53,246 nucleotides of DNA from a virus: positions 1 to 53,246 of the IMG/VR virus record IMGVR_UViG_3300043622_000001; one strand, written 5' to 3'. Both the position numbers and the translations under genes were made by a program. The first letter of the stretch is position 1; every line of letters starts with the position of its first letter. Positions 32,826 to 40,759 of this stretch are shown one piece after another. The notes beneath the pieces are model-generated. The model did not search any database. It saw nothing but the letters and a program-made list of their open reading frames with translations, and was not told the DNA's origin.

Positions 32826-34229
32826 TCAGGCGCCTTGGGGCGCGGGTAGTGCTGACGTGCCGTTCGCGGAAGCCGGCTGCATCACCGTGCCGGGCGGCTG
32901 AAGCTGGACGCTGAGCAGGCCCGAGTGGATGAGCAGGCTCATGTTCTGGCCCATCACGGCCGCCAGCGCCGACTTGGGGTCGAAGCCGCCGTTGACCAGG
33001 GCGACGATCGTGCTCGCCTTGATCTGCTCGATCTCGGCAGCGTCCTTGGCGTCCTCGCGCAGCAGGGGCATGTCCCCGGTGTCGAACCACAGCTCGGCAT
33101 CGGAGGGCACCTGTACCAGCGGCGCAAGGGCGGCAGAGACGTCCTGCAGCGTCGGGTAGACCCAGCTGTCGGCGAAGATGCGGCGGGCCATCCCGAAGTT
33201 GCCGGCGTTGAGGCTGGAGCCGGCCAGCCCCTCGGAGATCCCGAGGATCGGGGCCGGCACCCGGCTCAGGAAGGCGATCCGCGTCTCGCCCGCGCCCTGG
33301 GTGGCCTTGAAGTCGAGCTGCTTCAGGTCGCTCCCGACCACGGTGACGTCGGCGCCGGCCGTCAGGTACAGCGTCCGGTAGGCGTTGGCAACCCCGGCGT
33401 GGCTGGCCTCCAGGGTCGCCACGATCTCGTCGAACTTCTCCTTGGTCGCGGCCGGGATGCCCTTGACCACCATGTTCGGAGTGGCGCCGTGGCGGAAGAA
33501 CTGGAGCTTGTGGAGCGTGGCCGCCTCGTCGCCCTGCATCTCGCGTACCGCCGGGGTGATCCACGACATGCCCAGGCCGGGGGACTCGGGGTCGGGGATC
33601 GGTGACCAGTGGGCCACGTCCGCCGGGAGCAGGGTGTTGGGCGCGTAGCCGCTCGACCAGCCGCCGTTCTGGTAGGCGTAGCCCAGCAGCTCGCCGTCGA
33701 GGGCGTGACCGGGGTCGTCAGGCTCCCGCTGGCTCCCGTAGACGATGCCGACCCAGTCCGGGCGCAGGACCCGCAGGCGGCTGGACTGGCGGTAGACGTA
33801 GGCGTTGCCGGCCAGGCCCGCGTGCCACTCCATCCGGCTCAGCAGCTCACCCGTGGTCGCGTTCGTCCAGGGCCGCTCCAGCACGCCCAGATCCCGCGTG
33901 CCGAACGTCCTCCGGGGAGTGGGGGAGGAGGGTCGGTTGCGGAAGGTGAAGCGGGCCTGGCTGAGCACCAGCGCCCGGACCATCTCGGCCGCGAAGGCCG
34001 GTGGGCAGCGCCGGAGCGCGGCCGAGTAGCCGGGCAGGGTGGCCGAGATCTCCTGCACCCTGGCGCCCGGCAGCGTGGTCTGGACGCCAGTCCCGAAGCC
34101 GTACTGGCTGGAGCCGAAGCCGAAGGAGCCGCCGGAGGGAAGCAGGTAGTCCTGGATCCACGTGTCGATGGGATATGACCGCTCCTCGGTTCGGTGAACC
34201 GCCGCAGCGACCCTTTCAGGAAGGCCCAA
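32826..34229 (-). CDS. Portal protein (HK97 family)
   Basis: 467 aa. Canonical position between the large terminase and the protease. Confidence 0.85.
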   Translation of the reverse strand: MGLPERVAAAVHRTEERSYPIDTWIQDYLLPSGGSFGFGSSQYGFGTGVQTTLPGARVQEISATLPGYSAALRRCPPAFAAEMVRALVLSQARFTFRNRPSSPTPRRTFGTRDLGVLERPWTNATTGELLSRMEWHAGLAGNAYVYRQSSRLRVLRPDWVGIVYGSQREPDDPGHALDGELLGYAYQNGGWSSGYAPNTLLPADVAHWSPIPDPESPGLGMSWITPAVREMQGDEAATLHKLQFFRHGATPNMVVKGIPAATKEKFDEIVATLEASHAGVANAYRTLYLTAGADVTVVGSDLKQLDFKATQGAGETRIAFLSRVPAPILGISEGLAGSSLNAGNFGMARRIFADSWVYPTLQDVSAALAPLVQVPSDAELWFDTGDMPLLREDAKDAAEIEQIKASTIVALVNGGFDPKSALAAVMGQNMSLLIHSGLLSVQLQPPGTVMQPASANGTSALPAPQGA

Positions 34230-34461
34230 ACGTCCGCCTCGGCCTCAGCTCCTCGCGGGGTCGCTGGGCGTCCTGCCAGCCTACCTTGACCGCGGCGAAG
34301 GACCAGGCGACGGACGCCCAGAGGACGCGGCAGATCGTGCCGGCCGTCCAGCCGATCAGCCAGAAGAAGCCCAGCAGAACGGTGAGGGCGACTCGGCGAA
34401 AGCTGATCCGCTCGGCCTCGGCAGCGATGCGGTCGACGTCGACTCGCTCGAGGAGGGTCAT
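34216..34461 (-). CDS. Small membrane protein (81 aa) between terminase and portal
   Basis: ORF track. 'VALTVLLGFFWLIGWTAGTICRVLWASVAWSFAAV'. Confidence 0.55.
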   Translation of the reverse strand: MTLLERVDVDRIAAEAERISFRRVALTVLLGFFWLIGWTAGTICRVLWASVAWSFAAVKVGWQDAQRPREELRPRRTFGPS

Positions 34462-34470
34462 GGCTGGCTC

Positions 34471-35913
34471 CTATCGACCCCAGGCACCGAAGAACGGCTC
34501 GGGCTCGACTGGTACTAGTGCTGCCGCAGCCGTGGTGTGGGCCATGGCCGCAGCGGTGAGGGCGTCGATCACGCGGCGATCCTGCTCAGCGCTGACGCGG
34601 TTCTGGGCAGGTCGCTCGAAGCGGGCGCCACCGTGAGGCAGGACCCGGGCGATGGCGTTGAGCGCGTGCCTGGTCAACTCAGCGTCACCGGAGTGGTGGA
34701 GGTGGCCGAGACGCAAAGCCTCCATGAAGCGCTCGTAGTCCATGGCCGCGAAGGCGTTGCCCTGACCGCGGTCGATGACCTCGGCGCCCAGCTCGGAGCG
34801 GATCCACTCGGCCAGCTGCTCAGCCCTGTTGGTGTCCATGACCACGGTGTGGAGCGGATTGCGGTGGTGGATCTGGATCAACGCGGCCTCGACCAGGTGC
34901 GGGTCGAGCGAGGTGCCGTCACGAGGCGGGGTCAGGATGCGGGCAGGGCCGAAGAGACGGAACTCGGGCTCGCGGATCCAGAGCGGGACCGCGGCCGTCG
35001 TGTCCCACTTCCAGGCCACGTCCAGCCCGAGCCAGATCGGTTCCCCGACCGGGATCTCCTCGGTCGTCGCCGCCGCGTGCCACTCGGCCTCCTGGATCGC
35101 CGCCCGCTCGCCGCGGGTGGGCAGATTGCAGACGAACCGGCGCCAGTGCTGGTCAGTCATGGTCGGGCTCTCGTGTTTGCGTCGAAGCATGGCCGGGGTG
35201 ACGCCGCTGAAGGGGTTGGCCGCCTTGACCAGCTTCAGATCCTTGACGTCGCCCTTCTCCGGCACGGCCCACTCGTGGAGCACCAGACGATCTGAGGCGG
35301 CGCGCAGGAAGGTCGCTCGACGGTTCACGTCGGTTGCCTGCTGACGGATCCGCTCTCTCGTCTCCTCGAACTCTCCGCCCGGCTCGCCAGAGGTGGAGAT
35401 GGTCACGATCTGGCCCTGACGCTTCTCCAGCTTGCCCCGCCAGGTCCGGTAGAGACGGAGATCGTGAGCCCGATGCAACTCGTCGATGATGCAGAGGGTG
35501 GGGATGACTCCATCACCCGTCCGGTCATCGGCGGCGAAGACTTGGATGCGACTGCCCATGTCGTCGCAGCGGATGCGGCGGTAACCCTCCAGGCACTTGA
35601 AGTGCGGCTGGAGGTGCGGCGTTCGAAGCACGAAGCCCTCGGCCTGGCGGTACAGGATCTCCGCCTGCTCTCGGGAGGCCGCCGCCACCGGAACCTGACC
35701 CGACATCCGGTGGCGGATGTGATACAGCGCCAGGCCAGCCACCAACGTCGTCTTGCCGTTCCCCTCGGGGATCACCAGCCAGCATTCGGGGACGCCGGCG
35801 AAGACGTCGCGCAGGAAGCTGGACTGGAACGCTTCCACGCTCCAGGGCTCCTCGGTGTCGAGGATCAGGGTCCGCGCCCAGGCCCGGAAGTGGGGCAGCG
35901 TGAAGGGCCGCAC
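34471..35913 (-). CDS. Terminase large subunit
   Basis: 480 aa. Walker A 'VIPEGNGKTTLVAG', Walker B 'LCIIDELH', and a C-terminal nuclease-like half. GTG start at 35913. Confidence 0.9.
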   Translation of the reverse strand: MRPFTLPHFRAWARTLILDTEEPWSVEAFQSSFLRDVFAGVPECWLVIPEGNGKTTLVAGLALYHIRHRMSGQVPVAAASREQAEILYRQAEGFVLRTPHLQPHFKCLEGYRRIRCDDMGSRIQVFAADDRTGDGVIPTLCIIDELHRAHDLRLYRTWRGKLEKRQGQIVTISTSGEPGGEFEETRERIRQQATDVNRRATFLRAASDRLVLHEWAVPEKGDVKDLKLVKAANPFSGVTPAMLRRKHESPTMTDQHWRRFVCNLPTRGERAAIQEAEWHAAATTEEIPVGEPIWLGLDVAWKWDTTAAVPLWIREPEFRLFGPARILTPPRDGTSLDPHLVEAALIQIHHRNPLHTVVMDTNRAEQLAEWIRSELGAEVIDRGQGNAFAAMDYERFMEALRLGHLHHSGDAELTRHALNAIARVLPHGGARFERPAQNRVSAEQDRRVIDALTAAAMAHTTAAAALVPVEPEPFFGAWGR

Positions 35914-35916
35914 GGG

Positions 35917-36336
35917 TCAGGCGATGAAGGTCGGTCGGAGATCTCTCGCCCGGGTATCTCTCGCGGAAATCTGGAATTGGGTCCGCTGGGGAGCAGGCTC
36001 CCCGCCGTCACCCCGCCCCCCTCCGGCGTCCCGCTTACGACTGTTGCACGCGCGACACAACACTCCAACGTTGCCTCTCGTACTCGTGCCGCCGGCCGAC
36101 AGGGGGATGGCGTGGTCACCAGTCAGGTCGGTGGCCGGGTGGGGGGGTACCTGCCAGCCAGGGCACACCCACCCCTCTCGGGCCACGTGCTCGGCCACCA
36201 CCAGGTCGCGCACTCGCTGCCACTCCACCCCGTATCCCCTGGCCGTGGCGCTCCCTCTCCGCTGCTCCATGGCCGTCTGGTGAACAGGGCACCTGGTCCC
36301 GGCAGTGGGGGTACCGCAGTCGATGCACGCCCTCAT
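35917..36336 (-). CDS. HNH endonuclease (packaging-associated)
   Basis: 'DHAIPLSAGG...NVGVLCRACNSRK' with an N-terminal 'CIDCG...C'. Start ATG 36336 (upstream ATG 36426 or GTG 36435 also possible). Abuts TerL as in HK97-like cos phages. Confidence 0.9.
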   Translation of the reverse strand: MRACIDCGTPTAGTRCPVHQTAMEQRRGSATARGYGVEWQRVRDLVVAEHVAREGWVCPGWQVPPHPATDLTGDHAIPLSAGGTSTRGNVGVLCRACNSRKRDAGGGRGDGGEPAPQRTQFQISARDTRARDLRPTFIA

Positions 36337-36435
36337 GGTCGGCACCCTCGGCACGTACCCCGGTGATCCGGGGGAGGCACGGTCCCTGCTTGCCACCCCC
36401 GACATCAGGCCATGGCCATCCGGCATGTCCACCAC

Positions 36436-36720
36436 CTACTCGCCCACCGCGAACAGGAGGCAGGAGTCCCGGGCGATGCCGGTCCCGATCAGGGAGACGA
36501 CGGTGTTGGTGGCGATGGTGCTCACGGCAGGGGTGGCGGTGCGGTTGCTGGTGGGCGCGGTGAACGCGTGCGTGACCGTGACGAAGGGCAGGGTCAGGGT
36601 CGCGAGGTCGAAGGTGTCGCCCGTCGTCACGTTCTGGAAGCTGAGCACGACCCAGCGCGGGACGCCACTACCGCCACCGCTGGCCAACACCACTGGCCCA
36701 GTCAGGACCGCCACGGGCAC
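36436..36720 (-). CDS. Hypothetical beta-rich protein (94 aa)
   Basis: ORF track. Thr/Val-rich ('FDLATLTLPFVTVTHAFTAPTSN'). Confidence 0.5.
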   Translation of the reverse strand: MPVAVLTGPVVLASGGGSGVPRWVVLSFQNVTTGDTFDLATLTLPFVTVTHAFTAPTSNRTATPAVSTIATNTVVSLIGTGIARDSCLLFAVGE

Positions 36721-36724
36721 CTAC

Positions 36725-37165
36725 CTACGCCCGCTCGGTCGGAGTGCCCACCGAGACGTTAAGGTCGGCGGCCTGGCTGGCGATCACCTCCACCTCGAGC
36801 GTGCCGGTCAGGCTGGTCACGCCCTCGCCCAGGTCGGCGTCCGCGGTCACGGTCACAGTGGCCGTGCCCAGGGTTCCGGTCGTGACCACGTCGGCGGTCA
36901 GGCCGTCCTCGGTGGGGGAGACGGTGATGACGCTGGTGTCGCTGGACTCCCAGGTCGGCACGCCGTCGACCGAGGCCGGGTTGCCGGCGCGGTCCTGGGG
37001 CGCGATCGTGGCCCGCGCCTCTTGGACGTCGGTGAGCTGGACAGATGCCATGAGAGCCTCCTCGGTGGGCGGGAGCGAGCGCTCCCTGACGGGGCCGAAG
37101 GTGATCGGCAGCTCGGGCGCCGATACCTCGACCGTGATCGGGCTGAGCCGAACGGTGAACTTCAT
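36725..37165 (-). CDS. Bacterial Ig-like (Big_2-type) domain protein (146 aa)
   Basis: ATG 37165 (ATGA overlap; alternative ATG 37050). 'VPTWESSDTSVITVSPTEDGLTADVVTTGTLGTATVTVTADADLG'. Confidence 0.6.
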   Translation of the reverse strand: MKFTVRLSPITVEVSAPELPITFGPVRERSLPPTEEALMASVQLTDVQEARATIAPQDRAGNPASVDGVPTWESSDTSVITVSPTEDGLTADVVTTGTLGTATVTVTADADLGEGVTSLTGTLEVEVIASQAADLNVSVGTPTERA

Positions 37166-37473
37166 CGGGGACCAGGCCCGACCCGCAGCCCGATCGAGCG
37201 TGCCGGCTTGCGGAAGACCTTGAACCAGGGCGGGATGGACTGCGCCCACCAAAAGTGCGCGGCCAGCGACCCGATGCCCAAGCCCAAGGCGAACGCCACC
37301 CCGGTCATGAGGTAGATGTGCTGGCCCTGGAAGCGCGCCTCCTCCCACGTGATCGGCGGCATGATCGCGGTCGTGAGGCTGATGGCCTCGTAGACCAGCA
37401 GGATGATGAAGCCGAGAAGCACGACCGCGATGCCCGCGAAGATGTAGCCGACGGGGCTCTTGCGCTGGGTCAC
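37162..37473 (-). CDS. Membrane protein (103 aa)
   Basis: GTG 37473 (GTGA overlap) within ORF 37162..37602. Three hydrophobic segments. Confidence 0.55.
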   Translation of the reverse strand: MTQRKSPVGYIFAGIAVVLLGFIILLVYEAISLTTAIMPPITWEEARFQGQHIYLMTGVAFALGLGIGSLAAHFWWAQSIPPWFKVFRKPARSIGLRVGPGPR

Positions 37474-37660
37474 GCCAGATCCGCCGGGATGTCCACGACC
37501 ACGTACCCGTCGTTGGGCCAGCTCTCCACCGCACCTCCACTGAACGTCACCCGCCACTCCGCCTTGTAGACGCCTCGAGTCAGGGTGTCGGCCGCCTGCC
37601 ACTGGTACTGGACCTGACCGGTGGCGTCGAGCGCCCCGAATCCGGCGGCAGAGAGGCGAC
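37470..37660 (-). other. Coding-looking beta-sandwich segment (BppU-N-like) in the -1 frame with no credible start of its own
   Basis: 'LDATGQVQYQWQAADTLTRGVYKAEWRVTFSGGAVESWPNDGYVVVDIPADLA' is the C-terminus of ORF 37470..37859. The upstream part of that frame is Arg/Cys-rich and looks like noise. Confidence 0.4.
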
Positions 37661-37870
37661 TACCTCGGCAAAGGCGTCCGCACTCCAGTTGTCGAATCGC
37701 CTGCGCTGGATCCGCTCGCGGATGTCGAACGCATCGTGGACCTCCCGCGAGATGTGCGACGTCTGGAGAACGGCCAACGCCCACGCATGGCTGTTCAAGA
37801 TCGAGTGGAATCGCTTGTGCGTGGACTGATCTTCGACCAGCACTCCGCAATCCGGACACACCTCAGGCAC
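37580..37870 (-). CDS. Zinc-ribbon hypothetical protein (96 aa as written; possibly the N-terminal part of a frameshifted gene)
   Basis: GTG 37870 with a GGGAG Shine-Dalgarno about 10 nt upstream. 'PEVCPDCGVLVEDQSTHKRFH'. The last ~25 aa (Pro/Ser/Arg-rich) look non-native. Confidence 0.55.
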   Translation of the reverse strand: MPEVCPDCGVLVEDQSTHKRFHSILNSHAWALAVLQTSHISREVHDAFDIRERIQRRRFDNWSADAFAEVVASLPPDSGRSTPPVRSSTSGRRPTP

Positions 37871-38223
37871 GCTTCGTCGCTCCCATCATTCACTCGCCTC
37901 CCATCTCGTTCTCGTTCGGCCCGCCGCCGTCTACCCCGGTTGGGTCCGCCTCCGCCCGTCGTGCGGTTCGCTCCGCCGCCTCGCATCCTGTTGAACACAC
38001 GCGGGTCGGTGGCCAGGCGCCGGGGGTCGACCTCGGCCGAGTCCGGGACCAGCGACGTGGTCGTCAGCTTGATCGGGTTGACCAGCTTGCAGTAACCGGA
38101 GAGCAGGCTCCGGGGATCGAGCACGCCCAGTCGGAGATGCTCCAGGTCCCGCCGGAGATCGCCGCGCAGATCACGCAGGCGGACCCCGCCGCGGAACGGC
38201 GCGAGGCGATCGAGCGCGGGCAT
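37795..38223 (-). CDS. Hypothetical protein (142 aa), basic C-terminal half
   Basis: ATG 38223 with a GAGGAGG Shine-Dalgarno. Overlaps the next gene by 76 nt, so the C-terminus is uncertain. Confidence 0.55.
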   Translation of the reverse strand: MPALDRLAPFRGGVRLRDLRGDLRRDLEHLRLGVLDPRSLLSGYCKLVNPIKLTTTSLVPDSAEVDPRRLATDPRVFNRMRGGGANRTTGGGGPNRGRRRRAERERDGRRVNDGSDEACLRCVRIAECWSKISPRTSDSTRS

Positions 38224-38318
38224 GACGCCTCCTCGGCGGGTGGGGAAAGGTCAGGGGCTCAGTTCGTCGCCCAGCCGCCGCGCAGCTCGCGGTGCCAGCC
38301 CTGCCCACAGGGACAGGT

Positions 38319-38486
38319 TCAGCGCCAATAGGTCCAGCGCGAGTCGACGTCAGGGTCCGGCGGATGACAGCGGTGGGCGCGTCCGGCGTGGTCGATGCGG
38401 TCCTGCACTCGCTCCAGGCGCTCGCAGGCCAGAACGTGCTCGATCAGGTCTTCGAGCTGTAGGTCGAGCGCTGGGGCCTCAGCCAT
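38319..38486 (-). CDS. Hypothetical protein (55 aa)
   Basis: Hand-translated: 'MAEAPALDLQLEDLIEHVLACERLERVQDRIDHAGRAHRCHPPDPDVDSRWTYWR'. 8-nt overlap with the upstream gene. Confidence 0.45.
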   Translation of the reverse strand: MAEAPALDLQLEDLIEHVLACERLERVQDRIDHAGRAHRCHPPDPDVDSRWTYWR

Positions 38487-38694
38487 CGCCTCGTCTCCGG
38501 AGCCGCCGAACTTCCCCCAGCGCCTCGGTCCACGCCGTCGCCGGCGAGATCGGCATCGCCCCGGCGAACAACCCGAGCGCCTCGCGGAGCTGGACGATCA
38601 TCGAGTGACTCGTCGGCCATCCGGCCCACGTCTCGATGTCGCGGTCACTGACGCGCAGCTGCTCGGCGAGCTGGAGGTCAAAGGGTGCGGCCAT
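38479..38694 (-). CDS. Hypothetical protein (71 aa), first gene after the AT-rich control region
   Basis: ORF track with protein-like composition. Confidence 0.55.
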   Translation of the reverse strand: MAAPFDLQLAEQLRVSDRDIETWAGWPTSHSMIVQLREALGLFAGAMPISPATAWTEALGEVRRLRRRGDG

Positions 38695-38836
38695 GGCGGC
38701 TTCCTCCTGCCGGGTTCTGGGCCATGGTAACCATCACTTACCGCTGGTCACGATAAGAGGTGTTATCATTAAGATCGTATTCAGTTAGACGTGCGCGAGG
38801 CCGTTTTCGGGGCCTCGGAAGGAGCGTAGCCGCACC
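38695..38836. promoter_or_regulatory. AT-rich divergent control region (late operon / recombinase-2 cassette)
   Basis: Lowest-GC stretch nearby. Two similar inverted repeats, GGTAA-n7-TTACC (38726-38742) and GATAA-n6-TTATC (38752-38767). Hairpin GAGGCC-n8-GGCCTC (38797-38816) ahead of a GGAAGGAG Shine-Dalgarno. Confidence 0.5.
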
Positions 38837-39088
38837 ATGACGATCGCTACCGCCAAGAAGCCCTGGGCGGACCCGCAGCCGGGCGACGTTCTGACGACCG
38901 CCGATGGGCGCGCCTACACGGTCACCGGCCGCGAGCGCATCTTTCGTGGTCAGGAGCGCGTCCAGTACCGCTACGTCAATGCCGTCGGCCATCGGCGTCG
39001 GGGCAATGCGGTGCTGGAGTCGACCTGGCTCGGGATCATTCGCCGCGAGCTGGCCAAGGGCGGCTCGTACGTCCACCGCCAGTCTTGA
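38837..39088 (+). CDS. Hypothetical protein (83 aa) co-transcribed with recombinase 2
   Basis: ORF track. GGAAGGAG Shine-Dalgarno. The stop overlaps the TTG start of the recombinase (TTGA). Confidence 0.6.
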   Translation: MTIATAKKPWADPQPGDVLTTADGRAYTVTGRERIFRGQERVQYRYVNAVGHRRRGNAVLESTWLGIIRRELAKGGSYVHRQS

Positions 39089-40038
39089 CCGACCTCACCC
39101 CCATCTCGCTCGCCACCCACCTCGTCCCCTGGGTCGACGCCACGACCCGCTTCCTACGAACGCTGGACAGCGACAACACCCGGCGGGCCTACGGCCGCTG
39201 GCTCACCCATGCCGGGGTCGTGCTGGGCGAGCCGCCGCTGGCCAGCCTCGACAGCGCCATGCTGGGCGACTACCGGGCTGCGGTCATGAGCGACGACGAG
39301 GGCCTCGGTCCTGCGTCGCAGTCCCAGGCGGTCGCCGCGCTGCGCAGCTTCGTGCGCTGGGTCCGCGGCTTGGACGGCGGCCGGCATCTGCCGCTGGTAA
39401 CGCTGGAGACCATGGAGGTCGCCCTGAAGATGCCGCGGGCCGAGGTCCGCCGGCCCTACTCGGTGCTGTCCGACAAGGAGGCGGCCCGGATGATCGAGCG
39501 CACCGGCACGACGCGCGACCGGGCGCTGCTCAGCGTCATGCTGGGCGCCGGCCTGCGGGTGTCGGAGGTCGTCAAGCTCGCGGTCGCCGATGTGCTCGCA
39601 GACCAGGAGGGCGGCGCCGTGATCTGGGTCCGCCAGGGCAAGGGCCGCAAGGACCGCTCGGTCCCGATCCAGCCTGACGTGCTGGAGGCCGTCCTGGCCT
39701 ACCTGGCGGCGACCGGCCGTCGACTGAGCGGCTCCGGGGTGCTGTTCCGGTCCTACGACCACGTCGAGCACCGCCGGGTCCGGGCCGAAGGCATGACCGA
39801 GAGCGCCGTATGGCAAGCCGTACGGAAGGCCGTCTCGGTCGCCCACATCGTCGGCAAGGCGGTCAGTCCGCACACGCTGCGCCACACCTTCGCCATCCGG
39901 TTCCTGCGGGCTCACGGCAGCGCAGCGGCGCTCCAGAAGGTGCTCGGCCACGCCTCGCTCACCACGACCCAGCGCTACCTCGACCACTTCGAGCTCGCCG
40001 AGCTGCGGCGGATGATGCCGCGGCTGCCGAAGGGCTGA
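39085..40038 (+). CDS. Tyrosine recombinase (XerC/D-like), recombinase 2
   Basis: 317 aa. 'GAGLRVSEV' (Arg I), 'HTLRHTFA' (H-x-x-R), 'LGHASLTTTQRYLDH' (His/Tyr). SAM-like N-terminal core-binding domain. Confidence 0.9.
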   Translation: MTDLTPISLATHLVPWVDATTRFLRTLDSDNTRRAYGRWLTHAGVVLGEPPLASLDSAMLGDYRAAVMSDDEGLGPASQSQAVAALRSFVRWVRGLDGGRHLPLVTLETMEVALKMPRAEVRRPYSVLSDKEAARMIERTGTTRDRALLSVMLGAGLRVSEVVKLAVADVLADQEGGAVIWVRQGKGRKDRSVPIQPDVLEAVLAYLAATGRRLSGSGVLFRSYDHVEHRRVRAEGMTESAVWQAVRKAVSVAHIVGKAVSPHTLRHTFAIRFLRAHGSAAALQKVLGHASLTTTQRYLDHFELAELRRMMPRLPKG

Positions 40039-40090
40039 GATCCAGCCCTTTGGGCATGCGTGTAGGCGCGGTTGAGTATAAATCGCTTGA

Positions 40091-40759
40091 TTAAGGCCGT
40101 CGATCATCCGACCTGATGACATTGCTGAGCCGGCGGATCTTCGAGCGGCCTCGGCTCAGGTACGCCTCCACCGTCTCGATCGCCATGGGCATCCCGAAGC
40201 GCTTCCGGCGCTGGTCCATGAGGTCCCTCACCTCCTCGGCGCTGCGGACCTCGCCGGCCTCGTTGGGCGTCAGCCAGTAGTTGATCGCATCCCTCTCCGG
40301 CGGCGTCAATCCGGCCAGTCCGCCGACCCAGGCGCCCTCAAGGTCGGTGTAGCCCAGGACCGCGTCGAGGAGGTCCGGACCCAGCAGCGCCACCCGGACG
40401 GCCTCGTCGAGGTCGGGCGGCAGGCGATCCGCGGACAGTCCGACCGGACCCCGCGCCGCCTCCTGGAGCTGCGCCATGCGGACCTGCCGGTACTCGTCGG
40501 CGCTCCAGGGCGGGAGCTGGCGGTGAGGAGCGGCCACCGCCGCCAGCATGTCGTCGCACCACTCCAGCAAGACCTTCAGCTCGGCCAGGCGGATGTGCAG
40601 CTCTCCCTGCTGGCTCCAGTGATGCCGGGACTGACGCTCCGAGATGATGCCTCCTGCGTCGCGGCCCTTCCAGTCGGCCGGCTTGTTCGCCATCGTGCGC
40701 CAGCGCTGGAGGCGAGCCGCTTCGTCCTGCGGGGTGCGCAGTGGGTCCGTGGCGATCAC
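40091..40759 (-). CDS. Sigma-70 region-4-like / LuxR-type HTH regulator (candidate late-gene activator)
   Basis: GTG 40759 (GTGA overlap; alternative ATG 40693). C-terminal 'LTPPERDAINYWL...MAIETVEAYLSRGRSKIRRL'. Last gene of the early operon. Confidence 0.45.
   Translation of the reverse strand: MIATDPLRTPQDEAARLQRWRTMANKPADWKGRDAGGIISERQSRHHWSQQGELHIRLAELKVLLEWCDDMLAAVAAPHRQLPPWSADEYRQVRMAQLQEAARGPVGLSADRLPPDLDEAVRVALLGPDLLDAVLGYTDLEGAWVGGLAGLTPPERDAINYWLTPNEAGEVRSAEEVRDLMDQRRKRFGMPMAIETVEAYLSRGRSKIRRLSNVIRSDDRRP

Noticed and set aside
37795-38223. Calling this 142-aa basic protein the small terminase subunit.
   Set aside because: The only support is position and charge. No TerS motif is recognisable, so it is left as hypothetical.
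38766-40095. T(C/G)ATTAAG at 38766 and 40088 considered as direct repeats (a target-site duplication) flanking the recombinase-2 cassette, along with a weak inverted similarity between the flanks.
   Set aside because: The match is only 7 of 8 in AT-rich DNA and the inverted alignment needs several gaps. It is not distinguishable from chance by eye, and is mentioned only as something to test.
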